Shown: positions 24,336-33,426 of the stretch, one piece after another
Layout: each line of letters starts with the position of its first letter
How positions within the stretch are numbered: the first letter of the stretch is position 1
DNA from: an uncultured Planctomycetota bacterium
GTDB lineage: Bacteria > Planctomycetota > PLA2 > JAEUHO01
Direction: 5' to 3'
Length of the DNA: 64,000 nt
Assembly: GCA_963772585.1 (NCBI GenBank)
Contig: CAVYXV010000004.1
Location: 275,375-339,374 of the forward strand
Notes under the pieces: generated by a model
Database searches by the model: none
What the model was told of the DNA's origin: nothing
The model's input: the letters and a program-made list of their open reading frames with translations, nothing else
Made by a program: the position numbers and the translations under genes

Positions 24336-25352
24336 CTAGGGCTGTACGTCGGGCGGCTTCTCGTGTGGGTTCTTCGGGCGGGCGTGGGGGTTGGGGCCTG
24401 CGGGTCGGTTCGTCGTCGGCGGCGGGACCTTCAGGACGGCGTCGCCCGTTCCGCGATCGTCCGCGGTGAAGGGAAGCGACGGGTCGTCGTCCGCTTGCAT
24501 CTCCAGGATCAGGACGCGGTCGGAGGGGCGGCGTGCGCGGTACTTCGCGACCGTGCCCATGCCGCTTTGCACGTGGAAGCCGCCCACGACGAGCATCACG
24601 CGCGCGTCGGGGTGCTCCTCGCGGAAGTCGGCGATGCTCTCGGCCATCGCGTCGTCCCAGAGCGACTGGGCGCGGAAGAACTTCGCGCTCATCTCGCCTT
24701 CGCCCATCAGTTTCTCGAAGTGGTGCCAGTACTCGTTTTCGGGAGTGCTCGTTCGCTTCGGAAGCCAGGAGCGTTCCTCCTCGCTCAACGAGGCCAGGAA
24801 CTTGCTGTACGGGCCGTCGTACTTGCGGTAGTCGCTGACGAGGTGGCGGGGCGCGTTCGCGGCGATGACGGGCGCGCCGTGCTCCTTCGCCCACTCGATG
24901 AGCGGACCGTGCATCCTCGCGTAGGTCGGGCCGCGGTGGGTCTGCTTGATGAACGCGTCGCGGTCGAGGTCGCCGGCGAGGTAGGCGTCGAGGGCCTTCT
25001 GCTGGTCCGCCTCGAGGAACTCCATGGCCAGCGCGACCGGTCGATCGCCGCTCCCCAACGTCTCGAGGAGTTCCTTCTCGTAGCGGGCGGCGACGGCGTC
25101 GTCGTGGATCTCACCGAACACGACGAGGTCGGCGTCCGCGGCGCGACCGGTGAAGTCGTCGAGCGTGACGGGACGCCCGGTCCTGCCGTCGTAGAGCGCT
25201 TCGTCGCGCGGCGCGGCGGGCACGGCGGGGGTGGGCCTTTCCACCGGGGTCGGCGGCCGCCGCACGACCGTCGTCCGGGGTCGGGCGTAGGTGACGCAGC
25301 CCCCGAGCACGACGGCGGCGGCGGAGAGCAGGAGGAGAGTGTATGCGCGCAT
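24336..25352 (-). CDS. ChaN-family (haem-binding / Tiki-like) lipoprotein
   Basis: MRAYTLLLLSAAAVVLGGC lipobox, then ...LVVFGEIHDDAVAARYEKELLETL...VALAMEFLEADQQKALDAYLAG...PLIEWAKEHGAPVIAANAPRHLV..., matching the ChaN/PF04187 architecture. Confidence 0.65.
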   Translation of the reverse strand: MRAYTLLLLSAAAVVLGGCVTYARPRTTVVRRPPTPVERPTPAVPAAPRDEALYDGRTGRPVTLDDFTGRAADADLVVFGEIHDDAVAARYEKELLETLGSGDRPVALAMEFLEADQQKALDAYLAGDLDRDAFIKQTHRGPTYARMHGPLIEWAKEHGAPVIAANAPRHLVSDYRKYDGPYSKFLASLSEEERSWLPKRTSTPENEYWHHFEKLMGEGEMSAKFFRAQSLWDDAMAESIADFREEHPDARVMLVVGGFHVQSGMGTVAKYRARRPSDRVLILEMQADDDPSLPFTADDRGTGDAVLKVPPPTTNRPAGPNPHARPKNPHEKPPDVQP

Positions 25353-25453
25353 GGGCCGAGGATCGCAGGCGACGGCCGCCATGGCCAGCTTGCCGGGAGC
25401 CGGGCCCGGCACGGTGGGCGCTGCCCCGCGCCCGCGCCAGAGGCCCGATCTAT

Positions 25454-25954
25454 GCTCTCGACGTGAGTTCCCTCGCGCTCATCGACGCCTACAACGTCAT
25501 GTTCCGCCGCTGGGGATCCGTGCCCGAGGATCGGGACGCGTCACGAACACGTCTCCTGCGCGAGACGGCCGCCGCGCTCGGGCGTTCGCCGCGGGCCGAC
25601 CGGGCCCACCTGGTCTTCGACACGTGGCAGGGGGCGGCCCGCGCGGGCCTGCGCGGCCGCGATGGGCGGGTGTCCTGGCACTACGCGCACGGCTCCGCCG
25701 ACGAGGCGATCCTCGACCACCTGCGCGGGCACGAAGGCCGGCCCCACGGCGCGCGCCTCCTCGTGGTCACCGACGACCGGGAACTGGCCGGACGCGCGCG
25801 CCAGTTGGGCGCACGGACGATCGGCGTCGTCGCGTTCTACGCGGACACGGGCGATCGACCCTCCCCACGCCGTCGCGGCGTGATCCTCGACGGCCCCCCG
25901 TTCACCGCGCGGGACTTCGACCTGCCGGACGGCCCGATCGATCTCACCGAGTGA
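25454..25954 (+). CDS. NYN/YacP-like PIN-domain protein (putative RNase)
   Basis: VSSLALIDAYNVMFRRWG... then ...ARLLVVTDDRELAGRARQLGARTIGV at the C-terminus, the typical YacP-like NYN arrangement. The GTG at 25454 is chosen because the ORF-track ATG at 25343 would overlap the divergent chaN start. Confidence 0.5.
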   Translation, partial: ALDVSSLALIDAYNVMFRRWGSVPEDRDASRTRLLRETAAALGRSPRADRAHLVFDTWQGAARAGLRGRDGRVSWHYAHGSADEAILDHLRGHEGRPHGARLLVVTDDRELAGRARQLGARTIGVVAFYADTGDRPSPRRRGVILDGPPFTARDFDLPDGPIDLTE

Positions 25955-25972
25955 TCCGGCGGGGGGCCGGGA

Positions 25973-27343
25973 TCACGCCGGGGCGAGCCGCGATGTGAAG
26001 TGCCTGAGCTGCGGCGGCTCCTCGACGATCGTGAAGCCCCGGAGCTCCTCCTTCTTCTGCACCACCGCCGCGGCGACCTCCAGGACGTAGTCGATGTGGC
26101 TTTGCGTGTAGACGCGACGGGGGATGGCGAGGCGGAGCAGCTCCAACATCGCGAAGCGCTCCTCTCCCGTACGCGGGTCCTTACCGCCGAACATCAGCGA
26201 GCCGATCTCGACGCCTCGGACGCCGCCCTCCTCGTAGAACGCGCAGGCCAGCGCCTGCCCCGGGAAGCGACCCCGCGGGACGTGGGGGAGGAAGGCGCCC
26301 GCGTCGATGTAGATCGCGTGGCCACCGGGGGGCTGGACGATCGGGATCCCCAACTTCAGGAGTCCCTCCCCGAGATAGCGCGTGGAGGCGATGCGGTAAT
26401 TCAGGTAGTCCTCGTCGACGACCTCGGTGAGCCCTACGGCGATCGCCTCGAGATCCCGGCCGGCGAGGCCCCCGTACGTGGGGAATCCCTCGGTCAGGAT
26501 CAGGAGGTTCTCCTCCTGCTGCGCGAGCGTGTCGTCGTTCGTGGCGAGGAAGCCGCCGATGTTGGCGAGGCCGTCCTTCTTCGCGCTGAAGGTGGCTCCG
26601 TCGGCGAGCGAGAACATCTCCCGCGCGATCGACTCGACCGTGCGCTCCGCGTACCCCTCCTCGCGCAGCTTGATGAAGTATGCGTTCTCCGCGAAGCGGC
26701 AGGCGTCGAGGTAGAAGGGGACGCCGTGCCGGTGCGCCACGTCGCTGGCGCCCCTCAAGTTCGCCATCGACACCGGCTGGCCGCCGCCGGAGTTGTTCGT
26801 CACCGTGGCGATGACGCAGGCGATCTCGCCGGGGTTCTCGACGAGCATGGTCTCGAGGCGCTCGAGGTCGATGTTGCCCTTGAAGGGGTGGCGGTTCGCC
26901 GGCTCGCGGGCCTCGGGGATGGGGATGTCGATCGCCGTGCCGCCCGGGTACTCCACGTTCGCCCGGGTCGTGTCGAAGTGGGTGTTCGCCAGGACCGTCT
27001 TCCCCTTCACGTCCAGACAGGCGAAGAGGATCCGCTCCGCGGCCCGACCCTGGTGGGTGGGGATGATGTGCTTGAAGCCCGTGAGTTCCTCGGTGCGGGC
27101 CTTGAACCGGAACCAGGAGCGTGCCCCGGCGTAGGACTCGTCCCCCCGCATGATGCCCGCCCACTGTTCGGACGACATCGCTCCGGTGCCCGAGTCCGTC
27201 AGGAGGTCGATGAGGATGTCCTCGGCACGGATCCGGAAGAGGTTCCAGTCGGCCGCCTCGAGGATGCGCCGGCGCTCCTCCTTCGTCGTCATCCGGAGCG
27301 GTTCGACGCTCTTGATCCGGAAGGGTTCGATGATGGTGGCCAC
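25973..27343 (-). CDS. beta-eliminating lyase, tyrosine phenol-lyase / tryptophanase family
   Basis: ...IEPFRIKSVEP...DLLTDSGTGAMSSEQWAGIMRGDESYAGARS...FKHIIPTHQGRAAE...GGQPVSMANLRG...ENAYFIKLREEGY...SAKKDGLANIGGFLA...YGGLAGRD...PRRVYTQSHIDYV... aligns residue-by-residue with TPL/TnaA (PLP Lys in SAKKD). The GTG start at 27343 has a perfect AGGAGG 4 nt upstream; the ORF-track start at 27373 is a TTG. Confidence 0.85.
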   Translation of the reverse strand: MATIIEPFRIKSVEPLRMTTKEERRRILEAADWNLFRIRAEDILIDLLTDSGTGAMSSEQWAGIMRGDESYAGARSWFRFKARTEELTGFKHIIPTHQGRAAERILFACLDVKGKTVLANTHFDTTRANVEYPGGTAIDIPIPEAREPANRHPFKGNIDLERLETMLVENPGEIACVIATVTNNSGGGQPVSMANLRGASDVAHRHGVPFYLDACRFAENAYFIKLREEGYAERTVESIAREMFSLADGATFSAKKDGLANIGGFLATNDDTLAQQEENLLILTEGFPTYGGLAGRDLEAIAVGLTEVVDEDYLNYRIASTRYLGEGLLKLGIPIVQPPGGHAIYIDAGAFLPHVPRGRFPGQALACAFYEEGGVRGVEIGSLMFGGKDPRTGEERFAMLELLRLAIPRRVYTQSHIDYVLEVAAAVVQKKEELRGFTIVEEPPQLRHFTSRLAPA

Positions 27344-27451
27344 GGTGCCTCCTGGTCGCGGGACGTGCTTCAAGAGGCATCATCAGGGGGGACCGCGCCC
27401 GTGGCCAACCTGGGCGGCAGTGGGTAGGGTGGGCGGATCCGGAGTCCCCGC

Positions 27452-29164
27452 ATGAGCACGAAAAAGCAGGAACTGACCCGCCGCATCGACGTGGCCCTCG
27501 GGCGCGAGCCCGCGGATCTCGTCGTCAAGGGCACGCGCTTCCTCGACGTGGCGACGGGCGCGCTGGAGCGGGGGGACATCGCCGTCGCCGGCGACCGGAT
27601 CGCCGGCACGTTCGAGAGCTACCGCGGACGCGTCGAGATCGACGGGCGCGACCTGGTCGTGGTGCCCGGCTTCATCGACACGCACGTCCACGTCGAGAGC
27701 ACGCTGGTTCCGCCGGGCGAGTTCGACCGGTGCGTCCTCCCCCGCGGCACCACGACGGCGATCTGCGACCCCCACGAGATCGCCAACGTCCTCGGCGTGC
27801 CCGGGCTGCGGTACTTCCTCGACAGCTCCCCGGCCCTGGTCATGGACCTGAGGGTACAGCTCTCCTCCTGCGTGCCCGCGACCCACCTCGAGACCTCGGG
27901 CGCGCGCCTCTCGGCCGACGACCTCGTCGCCCTCCGGGACCACCCCTCCGTCCTCGGTCTCGCCGAGATGATGAACTTCCCCGGCGTTTTCCACCACGAC
28001 GACGAGGTGATCGACAAGCTGGTCGCCTTCGACGGCTGGCACGTGGACGGCCACTGTCCGCTCGTCCGCGGCTACGACCTGAACGCCTACGCCTCCTGCG
28101 GGATCCGCAACTGCCACGAGAGCACGAGCGTTGCCGAGGCGCGCGAGAAGCTCCAGAAAGGCATGCAGGTCCTGCTGAGGGACGGAAGCGTCTCGAAGGA
28201 CGTCGCCACGCTGAGTCCCCTCCTCACCGAGGCGACGTGGCCGTTCCTGGCGTTTTGCACGGACGACCGCAATCCCCTCGACATCGCCGAGGAGGGGCAC
28301 ATCGACCACTGCATCCGGCACGCGATCCGGCACGGGGCTCCCGCGGCCGCCGCCTACCGTGCCGGCACGTGGGCGGCCGCCAACGCCTTCGGGCTGAGGG
28401 ACCGCGGCCTCGTCGCGCCGGGGTACCGGGCCGACCTCGTCCTGCTCTCCGACTTCGAGACCGTCGCGGTCGATCGCGTGATCAAGAACGGCCGGCTCGT
28501 GGACGACGCCTCGTTCGAGGGCCGCCGCCTCCCCGTGCCCGTCGGGCGTCGGTCGGTCCGGCTCGAGCGCGTGGACCCGTCCGCGCTGCGCGTGCCGGGA
28601 CCGGCCGCAACGACATCCGTCATCGGGCTGATCCCGGGCAGCATCCTGACGGAGCACCTCCGCGAGGACGTGCCGGCCCGCGACGGTGCGCGCGTCGCCG
28701 ACCCGGCGCGCGACCTCCTGAAGGTGGCCGTCTTCGCCCGGCACGGTTCCAACCGCAACGTCGGCCGAGGTTTCGTGAAGGGATTCGGTCTTCGACACGG
28801 CGCGCTCGCCTCGAGCGTCGGCCACGACAGCCACAATGTGATCGTGGTCGGGGCCGACGACGGGGAGATGGCGCGGGCGGTGAACCGTCTGATCGAGCTG
28901 GAAGGGGGGTTCGTGGCCGTTCGGGGGGAGCAGGTCGTTGCGGAGCTTCCGCTGCCGATCGCGGGGTTGATGACGGAGGTGCCCTTCCCCGAGGTCCGGG
29001 AGGGCCTCGTCCGGCTGCGGCGCGCCGTGAAGGACCTCGGTTGCCCGCTACAGGAGGCGTTCCTCCAACTCGCCTTCCTTCCGCTCCCGGTGATCCCGCA
29101 CCTGAAGATCACCGACCACGGCCTCGTGGACGTCGATCGCTTCGAGGTGCTCCCCGCGGCGTAG
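27452..29164 (+). CDS. ade: adenine deaminase
   Basis: 570 aa with ...VVPGFIDTHVHVESTLV...TTAICDPHEIANV...GLAEMMNFPGV...DGHCP...SVGHDSHNVIVVGADDGEMA...: the metal-binding HxH, the DPHE motif and the C-terminal Ade-specific domain. Confidence 0.85.
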   Translation: MSTKKQELTRRIDVALGREPADLVVKGTRFLDVATGALERGDIAVAGDRIAGTFESYRGRVEIDGRDLVVVPGFIDTHVHVESTLVPPGEFDRCVLPRGTTTAICDPHEIANVLGVPGLRYFLDSSPALVMDLRVQLSSCVPATHLETSGARLSADDLVALRDHPSVLGLAEMMNFPGVFHHDDEVIDKLVAFDGWHVDGHCPLVRGYDLNAYASCGIRNCHESTSVAEAREKLQKGMQVLLRDGSVSKDVATLSPLLTEATWPFLAFCTDDRNPLDIAEEGHIDHCIRHAIRHGAPAAAAYRAGTWAAANAFGLRDRGLVAPGYRADLVLLSDFETVAVDRVIKNGRLVDDASFEGRRLPVPVGRRSVRLERVDPSALRVPGPAATTSVIGLIPGSILTEHLREDVPARDGARVADPARDLLKVAVFARHGSNRNVGRGFVKGFGLRHGALASSVGHDSHNVIVVGADDGEMARAVNRLIELEGGFVAVRGEQVVAELPLPIAGLMTEVPFPEVREGLVRLRRAVKDLGCPLQEAFLQLAFLPLPVIPHLKITDHGLVDVDRFEVLPAA

Positions 29165-29192
29165 GCCGTTCTTCGACCTTGCCCGCGTCGTT

Positions 29193-29287
29193 CACGAACG
29201 GACGCCCCATCGCGCGGCCCGGGGAACGGGGAGCGGGACCCGCGGGGCCCTGGTGCTCCTTCACGGTCCACGACCCAGGGCTGTCCC
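29193..29287 (+). repeat. dispersed structured intergenic repeat, copy D (internally deleted, about 95 bp)
   Basis: cacgaacggacgccccatcgcgcggccc...gctccttcacggtccacgacccagggctgtccc retains the 5' 25 bp and 3' 45 bp of the family and lacks the middle. Begins 29 nt after the ade stop, between convergent genes. Confidence 0.5.
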
Positions 29288-29365
29288 TCCGTGGTGTTCG
29301 CTTCCGATCACCGCCAGGCCAGCGCGCCGCACGGCCGCATGGATGGGAGCTTGCGGCACGGCACG

Positions 29366-30136
29366 CTAGAACCGCCAGACCCCGGAGATGGGGAGGAGGA
29401 GGAGGAGGATCGCCGCCAGCCCGAGGCTGATCCAGCGTGCGAGCGACACGAAGCTCCCGTCCTCCCGGAGCAGGACCCTCGCCCACGAGCTCTCGAGATC
29501 GGGTCGGACGCCGGCCGGCAGGTCGATGCGTTCGAGGCGCAGCCAGGCGTCGAGGATCCCGACCGCCCCGACGAAGAGCAGCGCCGGGCCCATGCGTCCG
29601 ATCAGCGCTCCGAGGAGGAGGATGGTCAGGCGATCGGACCTCGTCCACAAGCCCGAGGTGTCGGCGAGGCGCAGGGGGCCGCCGATGGCGCGGAGCATGG
29701 GCAACCACGCTTCGAGCACGAAGACGACGAGGGCCAGGAAGAGGACGAAGGGGGCGCTCCGTCCGGCGACGTCGCCCACGACACCCGCGACGAAGAGCAG
29801 GTCCACGAGCGGAACCACGGCGCGGGCGAGCGTTCGCGTGTCCCGGTAGACGGCCCCGGCGGGGACGCGGGCGAGCTCCGAGGCGCCCAGGGCGACGAAG
29901 CCCAGCACCGCGGCGATGCCCGGGTGATGGGCGAGGAGCACGAGGGCCGCCGTGACGGCGAAGACCAGCGAGAAGACGAGCAGCGCGCCGGGGCTTACGC
30001 CCTGGGCGTGCATCCAGTGGGCGAGGCGGATCCGGATCGGGACGGCGGGTTGGGCGGTCGCCGGCGGTGCCCCCTCGGGCGGCGCGATCTCGGCGACACG
30101 GGGTTCCCGGGAGGGGGCGAGGACATCGGTGGACAT
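29366..30136 (-). CDS. polytopic membrane protein (hypothetical; possibly CDP-alcohol-transferase-like)
   Basis: Start MSTDVLAPS... at 30136 with AGGAGG 7 nt upstream. About 7 predicted transmembrane helices (LLVFSLVFAVTAALVLLAHH, LVDLLFVAGVVGDVAG, FVLFLALVVFVLEAWL, ...). Confidence 0.5.
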   Translation of the reverse strand: MSTDVLAPSREPRVAEIAPPEGAPPATAQPAVPIRIRLAHWMHAQGVSPGALLVFSLVFAVTAALVLLAHHPGIAAVLGFVALGASELARVPAGAVYRDTRTLARAVVPLVDLLFVAGVVGDVAGRSAPFVLFLALVVFVLEAWLPMLRAIGGPLRLADTSGLWTRSDRLTILLLGALIGRMGPALLFVGAVGILDAWLRLERIDLPAGVRPDLESSWARVLLREDGSFVSLARWISLGLAAILLLLLPISGVWRF

Positions 30137-30218
30137 GGCAGCCTCCTGCAATCGGAGAGTAGCCCTGTCCTCTCCGGATGTCCGCCCGGCATGAAGACCG
30201 CGTTGCGACGGTCCCCGT

Positions 30219-30767
30219 TCAGGAGTCGCCGGCACCGACGACCGCCCCGATCCAGGGGAGGTGGCGGTAGCTCTCCGCCCAGTCGATGCCGTAGCCCACC
30301 AGGAACTCGTTCGCCACGCGGAATCCGACGTAGTCGCCCTCGCACGCCACGACCCGACGGCTCGGCTTGTCGAGCAGCACGCAGGTCTCGATGCTCGCGG
30401 CGCCGCGGGCGAGCAGCAGGCGGCGGGCTTCGTCCAGCGAACGACCGCTGTCCAGGATGTCGTCGATCACGAGCACCATGCGCCCCGTCAGGTCCGTCGT
30501 CGGTTCGGCGCGGACGTCCACGACGCCGCGGCTCTTCGTGCCCGCGCCGTAGCTGGCGAGCGAGAGGAAGTCGATCTGGGGGCGCAGGCCGTGGCGATGG
30601 AGCGCCCGGACCAGATCGGCCGCGAAGACGAAGGCGCCCTTGAGAAGGACGATCAGCACGGGCGGCGGCGCCGGACCGGGGGGATGCGCGGCCGCGATCT
30701 CCTCTGCCAGGCGTTCGACGCCGGCGGCGATCTCTTCTTCGGAGATTCTCGGCGAGACGTCGGCCAA
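30219..30767 (-). CDS. hpt: hypoxanthine-guanine phosphoribosyltransferase
   Basis: ISEEEIAAGVERLAEEI...VLIVLLKGAFVFAADLVRAL...IDFLSLASYGAGTKSRGVV...GRMVLVIDDILDSGRSL... gives the PRPP-binding VLVIDDILDSG motif and Hpt order. TTG start with GGAGGA upstream. This is the real C-terminal part of the 1355-aa shadow ORF 30219-34286(-). Confidence 0.85.
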   Translation of the reverse strand: MADVSPRISEEEIAAGVERLAEEIAAAHPPGPAPPPVLIVLLKGAFVFAADLVRALHRHGLRPQIDFLSLASYGAGTKSRGVVDVRAEPTTDLTGRMVLVIDDILDSGRSLDEARRLLLARGAASIETCVLLDKPSRRVVACEGDYVGFRVANEFLVGYGIDWAESYRHLPWIGAVVGAGDS

Positions 30768-30836
30768 CGCGCGTCCTCCCACGCCCACGGGGGAATCGCG
30801 TATCCTATGCCGGCGTCCCCGGGGAGTGCAGCAACC

Positions 30837-33422
30837 ATGCGCGTGCACACCGCCACGGTCCGGCTGGCTCTCGTTCTCGCGCTGCTCCTGCCGGCGGCGC
30901 CGCTCCTCGCCGCGGAGCGGGAGGTCGCGAGGGACGACGGGGAGCAGGCGGGCAAGCAGAGCATCGCGGGCACCGGGCACGGGATCCTCTTCGACGCGCC
31001 GAAGCGCGAGCGTTGGATCACCGCCGTCCGCGTCCACGGCGCGCGCTACGGCGGAGGCTACGACCCCGCGACCGCCACCTTCCACGTCGCCGTCTGCGAC
31101 CAGCACCTCGCCGTCCTTCACGAGATCGAGGCGCCGTACTCCCTCTTCGCCGCGGGGCGTTTCGGGTGGGTGGATGTCCCGCTCGACGTCGCCCTCGAAG
31201 TTCCGGACCGTTTCGCCGTGGTCGTGGCGTTCGATCCCACGGCATCGCGCGGCGTGTTCGTGGGGTGGGCGCACACGGAAGGCAGCCACTCGTTCCAGGG
31301 CCTCCCCGGCGGCGAGAGGCGTCCCGTGGCGACGGACCGCGAGTGGATGATCCGCGCGGTGCTCGCGAGCCGGCCGCCGCGCGACCTGCCGCGCGTGGTC
31401 GAGGTGGCGGTCGAGGACGGGGAGAAGATCGGGGAGAAGAGCCTCGGCGGGAGCGCCCACACCGTCCTCCTGCGCCGACCGTCCGGATCGTGGTGGGTGA
31501 CGACGGTCCGGGTGTACGGACGGCGCTACGGCGGCGGTTACGACCCGGCGAAGACGACCTTCTCGGTCGTCCTCCGCGACCGGCGCGGCAGGGTGCTCGG
31601 CGAGGCCGAGGCGCCGTACGGCGCGTTCGGGACGGGCGGCTTCTCGTGGGTGGACGTGCCGATCCCGAAGGCCCTCGAGATCCCGTCGCGCTTCCTCGGC
31701 ACGGTGGACTTCGAGCCCACCCGCACGAAGGGGGTCTACGTCGCCTACGCGAAGCCGACCGCCAAGGGCGCGGCGTTCACCGGCCGTGCCGACGAGGAGC
31801 CCCGCGACTTCGGCGACGGCGCCTGGATGATCCGTGCGCGCCTCGTGGACCGCGAGCCGCAGCCGCCGGAAGCGATGCCCGAGCCGACGGCCGATCCGGC
31901 GCGCTACCTCGACGACCTCCGTGCCGTCGGGAGGATCGTGGCGAAGAACTTCCCCGTCTTCGAGAAGAAAGGCATCGACTGGAAGACGGTCCTCGACGAG
32001 TTCGAGGCGAGGGTCCGCGACGTCCACGACGACGCGGCGTACGTCCTGGAGATCCACCGCCTCCTGGCGCGGCTCGACGACGTCCACTCGGGCGTGCTCG
32101 ACGCGAAGGTCGACGTGCACGTCCCGTCCTTCGACGGGCTCTACGGCGCGGGACTGTGGATCGCACGCGACCGGGGCCGCCTGCTGCTCCGCGCGGCCAC
32201 GCCGGGCCATCCGCTGCTCGACCGCGTGCCGCCGGGTTCGCTCCTCTTGCGGGTCGGCGGCCGCCCTGCGGGCGTCGTGCTCGCGGAGACGCGCCGCCGC
32301 CTGCACACGTGGCACGGTTGGTCGTCGGACGCCTTCCTCGACGCGCGCCTGTCCTTCCAGTTCTTCCCCTTCGGGGAGGCGAAGACCCTGGAGGCGACGT
32401 TCCTTCCGCTGTCGGGCGGGAGGGCCGTGACGGTGGACCTCGCCCGATGGGGACCCGGGGGCCGGGGGCTCTCGCGCCAGGCGGCGACGATGCCGGACGG
32501 CGTTCCGGCCGAAGGGCCCGTCGCCTCGGCGAAGCTGGCGGGGGAGATCGGCTACCTCCGCATCCTCGGCGGGATGGACGAGCGGACGGAGAAGGCCTTC
32601 TTCGAGGCCGTGGACGGTCTGAAGGGCGTGAAGGGGATCCTGCTGGACGCTCGCGGCATGGGCGGGGGATCGGACCGCCCCGCCTGGCGGATGGCGGGGC
32701 GCTTCTTCTCGAAGCGCCGTCGTCTGCCCAACGATCCCGACCTCGAGCCCACCGGCGACTGGCCGTTCGACGGCCCCGTCGTGATGCTCCAGGACGAACG
32801 CATGGTCTCCTCCGCGGAGACGTTCACGTGGGCCATGGTCGAGACGGATCGCGCGCTGTCGGTGGGGCGTCCGACCGGCGGCGGCACGATCATCCCCCGC
32901 GTGTTCGACGACCCCGCGGGCCTGTTCCGGTTCCGCCTGGGCTGCGTCGATCGCGAGACGTCCGTGGAGGGCGTCCACCCCGAAGGCGTGGGTACGGCGC
33001 CGGACGTGTTCGTGCCCTACGACGCGTGGCTGCTCGCGCTCCACCCCGACCCCGTGCGCGCGGTGGGCCTCGACGTCCTGCGGCGCCTCGTCCAAGGCCA
33101 GCCCGCCGAGGTCGTGGCCGCGGGGTACGGCGGCGTGCTGGGCGCGGCGCCCGACCGTCTGGGAGACGGCGCGTGGAAGGCGTTCGCCGCCCTCGCCGAG
33201 CCCGCGGGCCTCGACCTCCCGGGGCTCTGCCCCCATGCGGCCCGGCGCATGATCGACGAGGAGATCCGCGTCCACGACGCCGAGGCCGACCCGGTGCCGG
33301 ACGGGGGCGGGTCTTCGGAGCGGCTCGCCGCCCTCGCCCGCGTGGCGGACGCGGTGGGGCTCGAGGACGCGGCGCGCCGTGCGCGCGAAGCTCTCGAGGC
33401 CTGGCTCTCGGAGGGCCGGTGA
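30837..33422 (+). CDS. secreted S41-family serine peptidase with two tandem-duplicated N-terminal domains
   Basis: Signal peptide MRVHTATVRLALVLALLLPAAPLLAAE. Two homologous modules of about 100 aa (RWITAVRVHGARYGGGYDPATATF...GRFGWVDVPLDVALEVPDRF... and WWVTTVRVYGRRYGGGYDPAKTTF...GGFSWVDVPIPKALEIPSRF...). The C-terminal part has ...GYLRILGGMDE...GILLDARGMGGGSDRPAWRMAGRF...VVMLQDERMVSSAETF..., matching the S41 Ser/Lys-dyad region. Confidence 0.7.
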   Translation: MRVHTATVRLALVLALLLPAAPLLAAEREVARDDGEQAGKQSIAGTGHGILFDAPKRERWITAVRVHGARYGGGYDPATATFHVAVCDQHLAVLHEIEAPYSLFAAGRFGWVDVPLDVALEVPDRFAVVVAFDPTASRGVFVGWAHTEGSHSFQGLPGGERRPVATDREWMIRAVLASRPPRDLPRVVEVAVEDGEKIGEKSLGGSAHTVLLRRPSGSWWVTTVRVYGRRYGGGYDPAKTTFSVVLRDRRGRVLGEAEAPYGAFGTGGFSWVDVPIPKALEIPSRFLGTVDFEPTRTKGVYVAYAKPTAKGAAFTGRADEEPRDFGDGAWMIRARLVDREPQPPEAMPEPTADPARYLDDLRAVGRIVAKNFPVFEKKGIDWKTVLDEFEARVRDVHDDAAYVLEIHRLLARLDDVHSGVLDAKVDVHVPSFDGLYGAGLWIARDRGRLLLRAATPGHPLLDRVPPGSLLLRVGGRPAGVVLAETRRRLHTWHGWSSDAFLDARLSFQFFPFGEAKTLEATFLPLSGGRAVTVDLARWGPGGRGLSRQAATMPDGVPAEGPVASAKLAGEIGYLRILGGMDERTEKAFFEAVDGLKGVKGILLDARGMGGGSDRPAWRMAGRFFSKRRRLPNDPDLEPTGDWPFDGPVVMLQDERMVSSAETFTWAMVETDRALSVGRPTGGGTIIPRVFDDPAGLFRFRLGCVDRETSVEGVHPEGVGTAPDVFVPYDAWLLALHPDPVRAVGLDVLRRLVQGQPAEVVAAGYGGVLGAAPDRLGDGAWKAFAALAEPAGLDLPGLCPHAARRMIDEEIRVHDAEADPVPDGGGSSERLAALARVADAVGLEDAARRAREALEAWLSEGR

Positions 33423-33426
33423 TCGC

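Noticed and set aside
25343-25453. ATG at 25343 as the start of the NYN/YacP-like gene
   Set aside because: It would overlap the start of the divergent chaN gene (25352, minus) by head-to-head coding. The family-typical N-terminus (LALIDAYNV) begins at the GTG at 25454.
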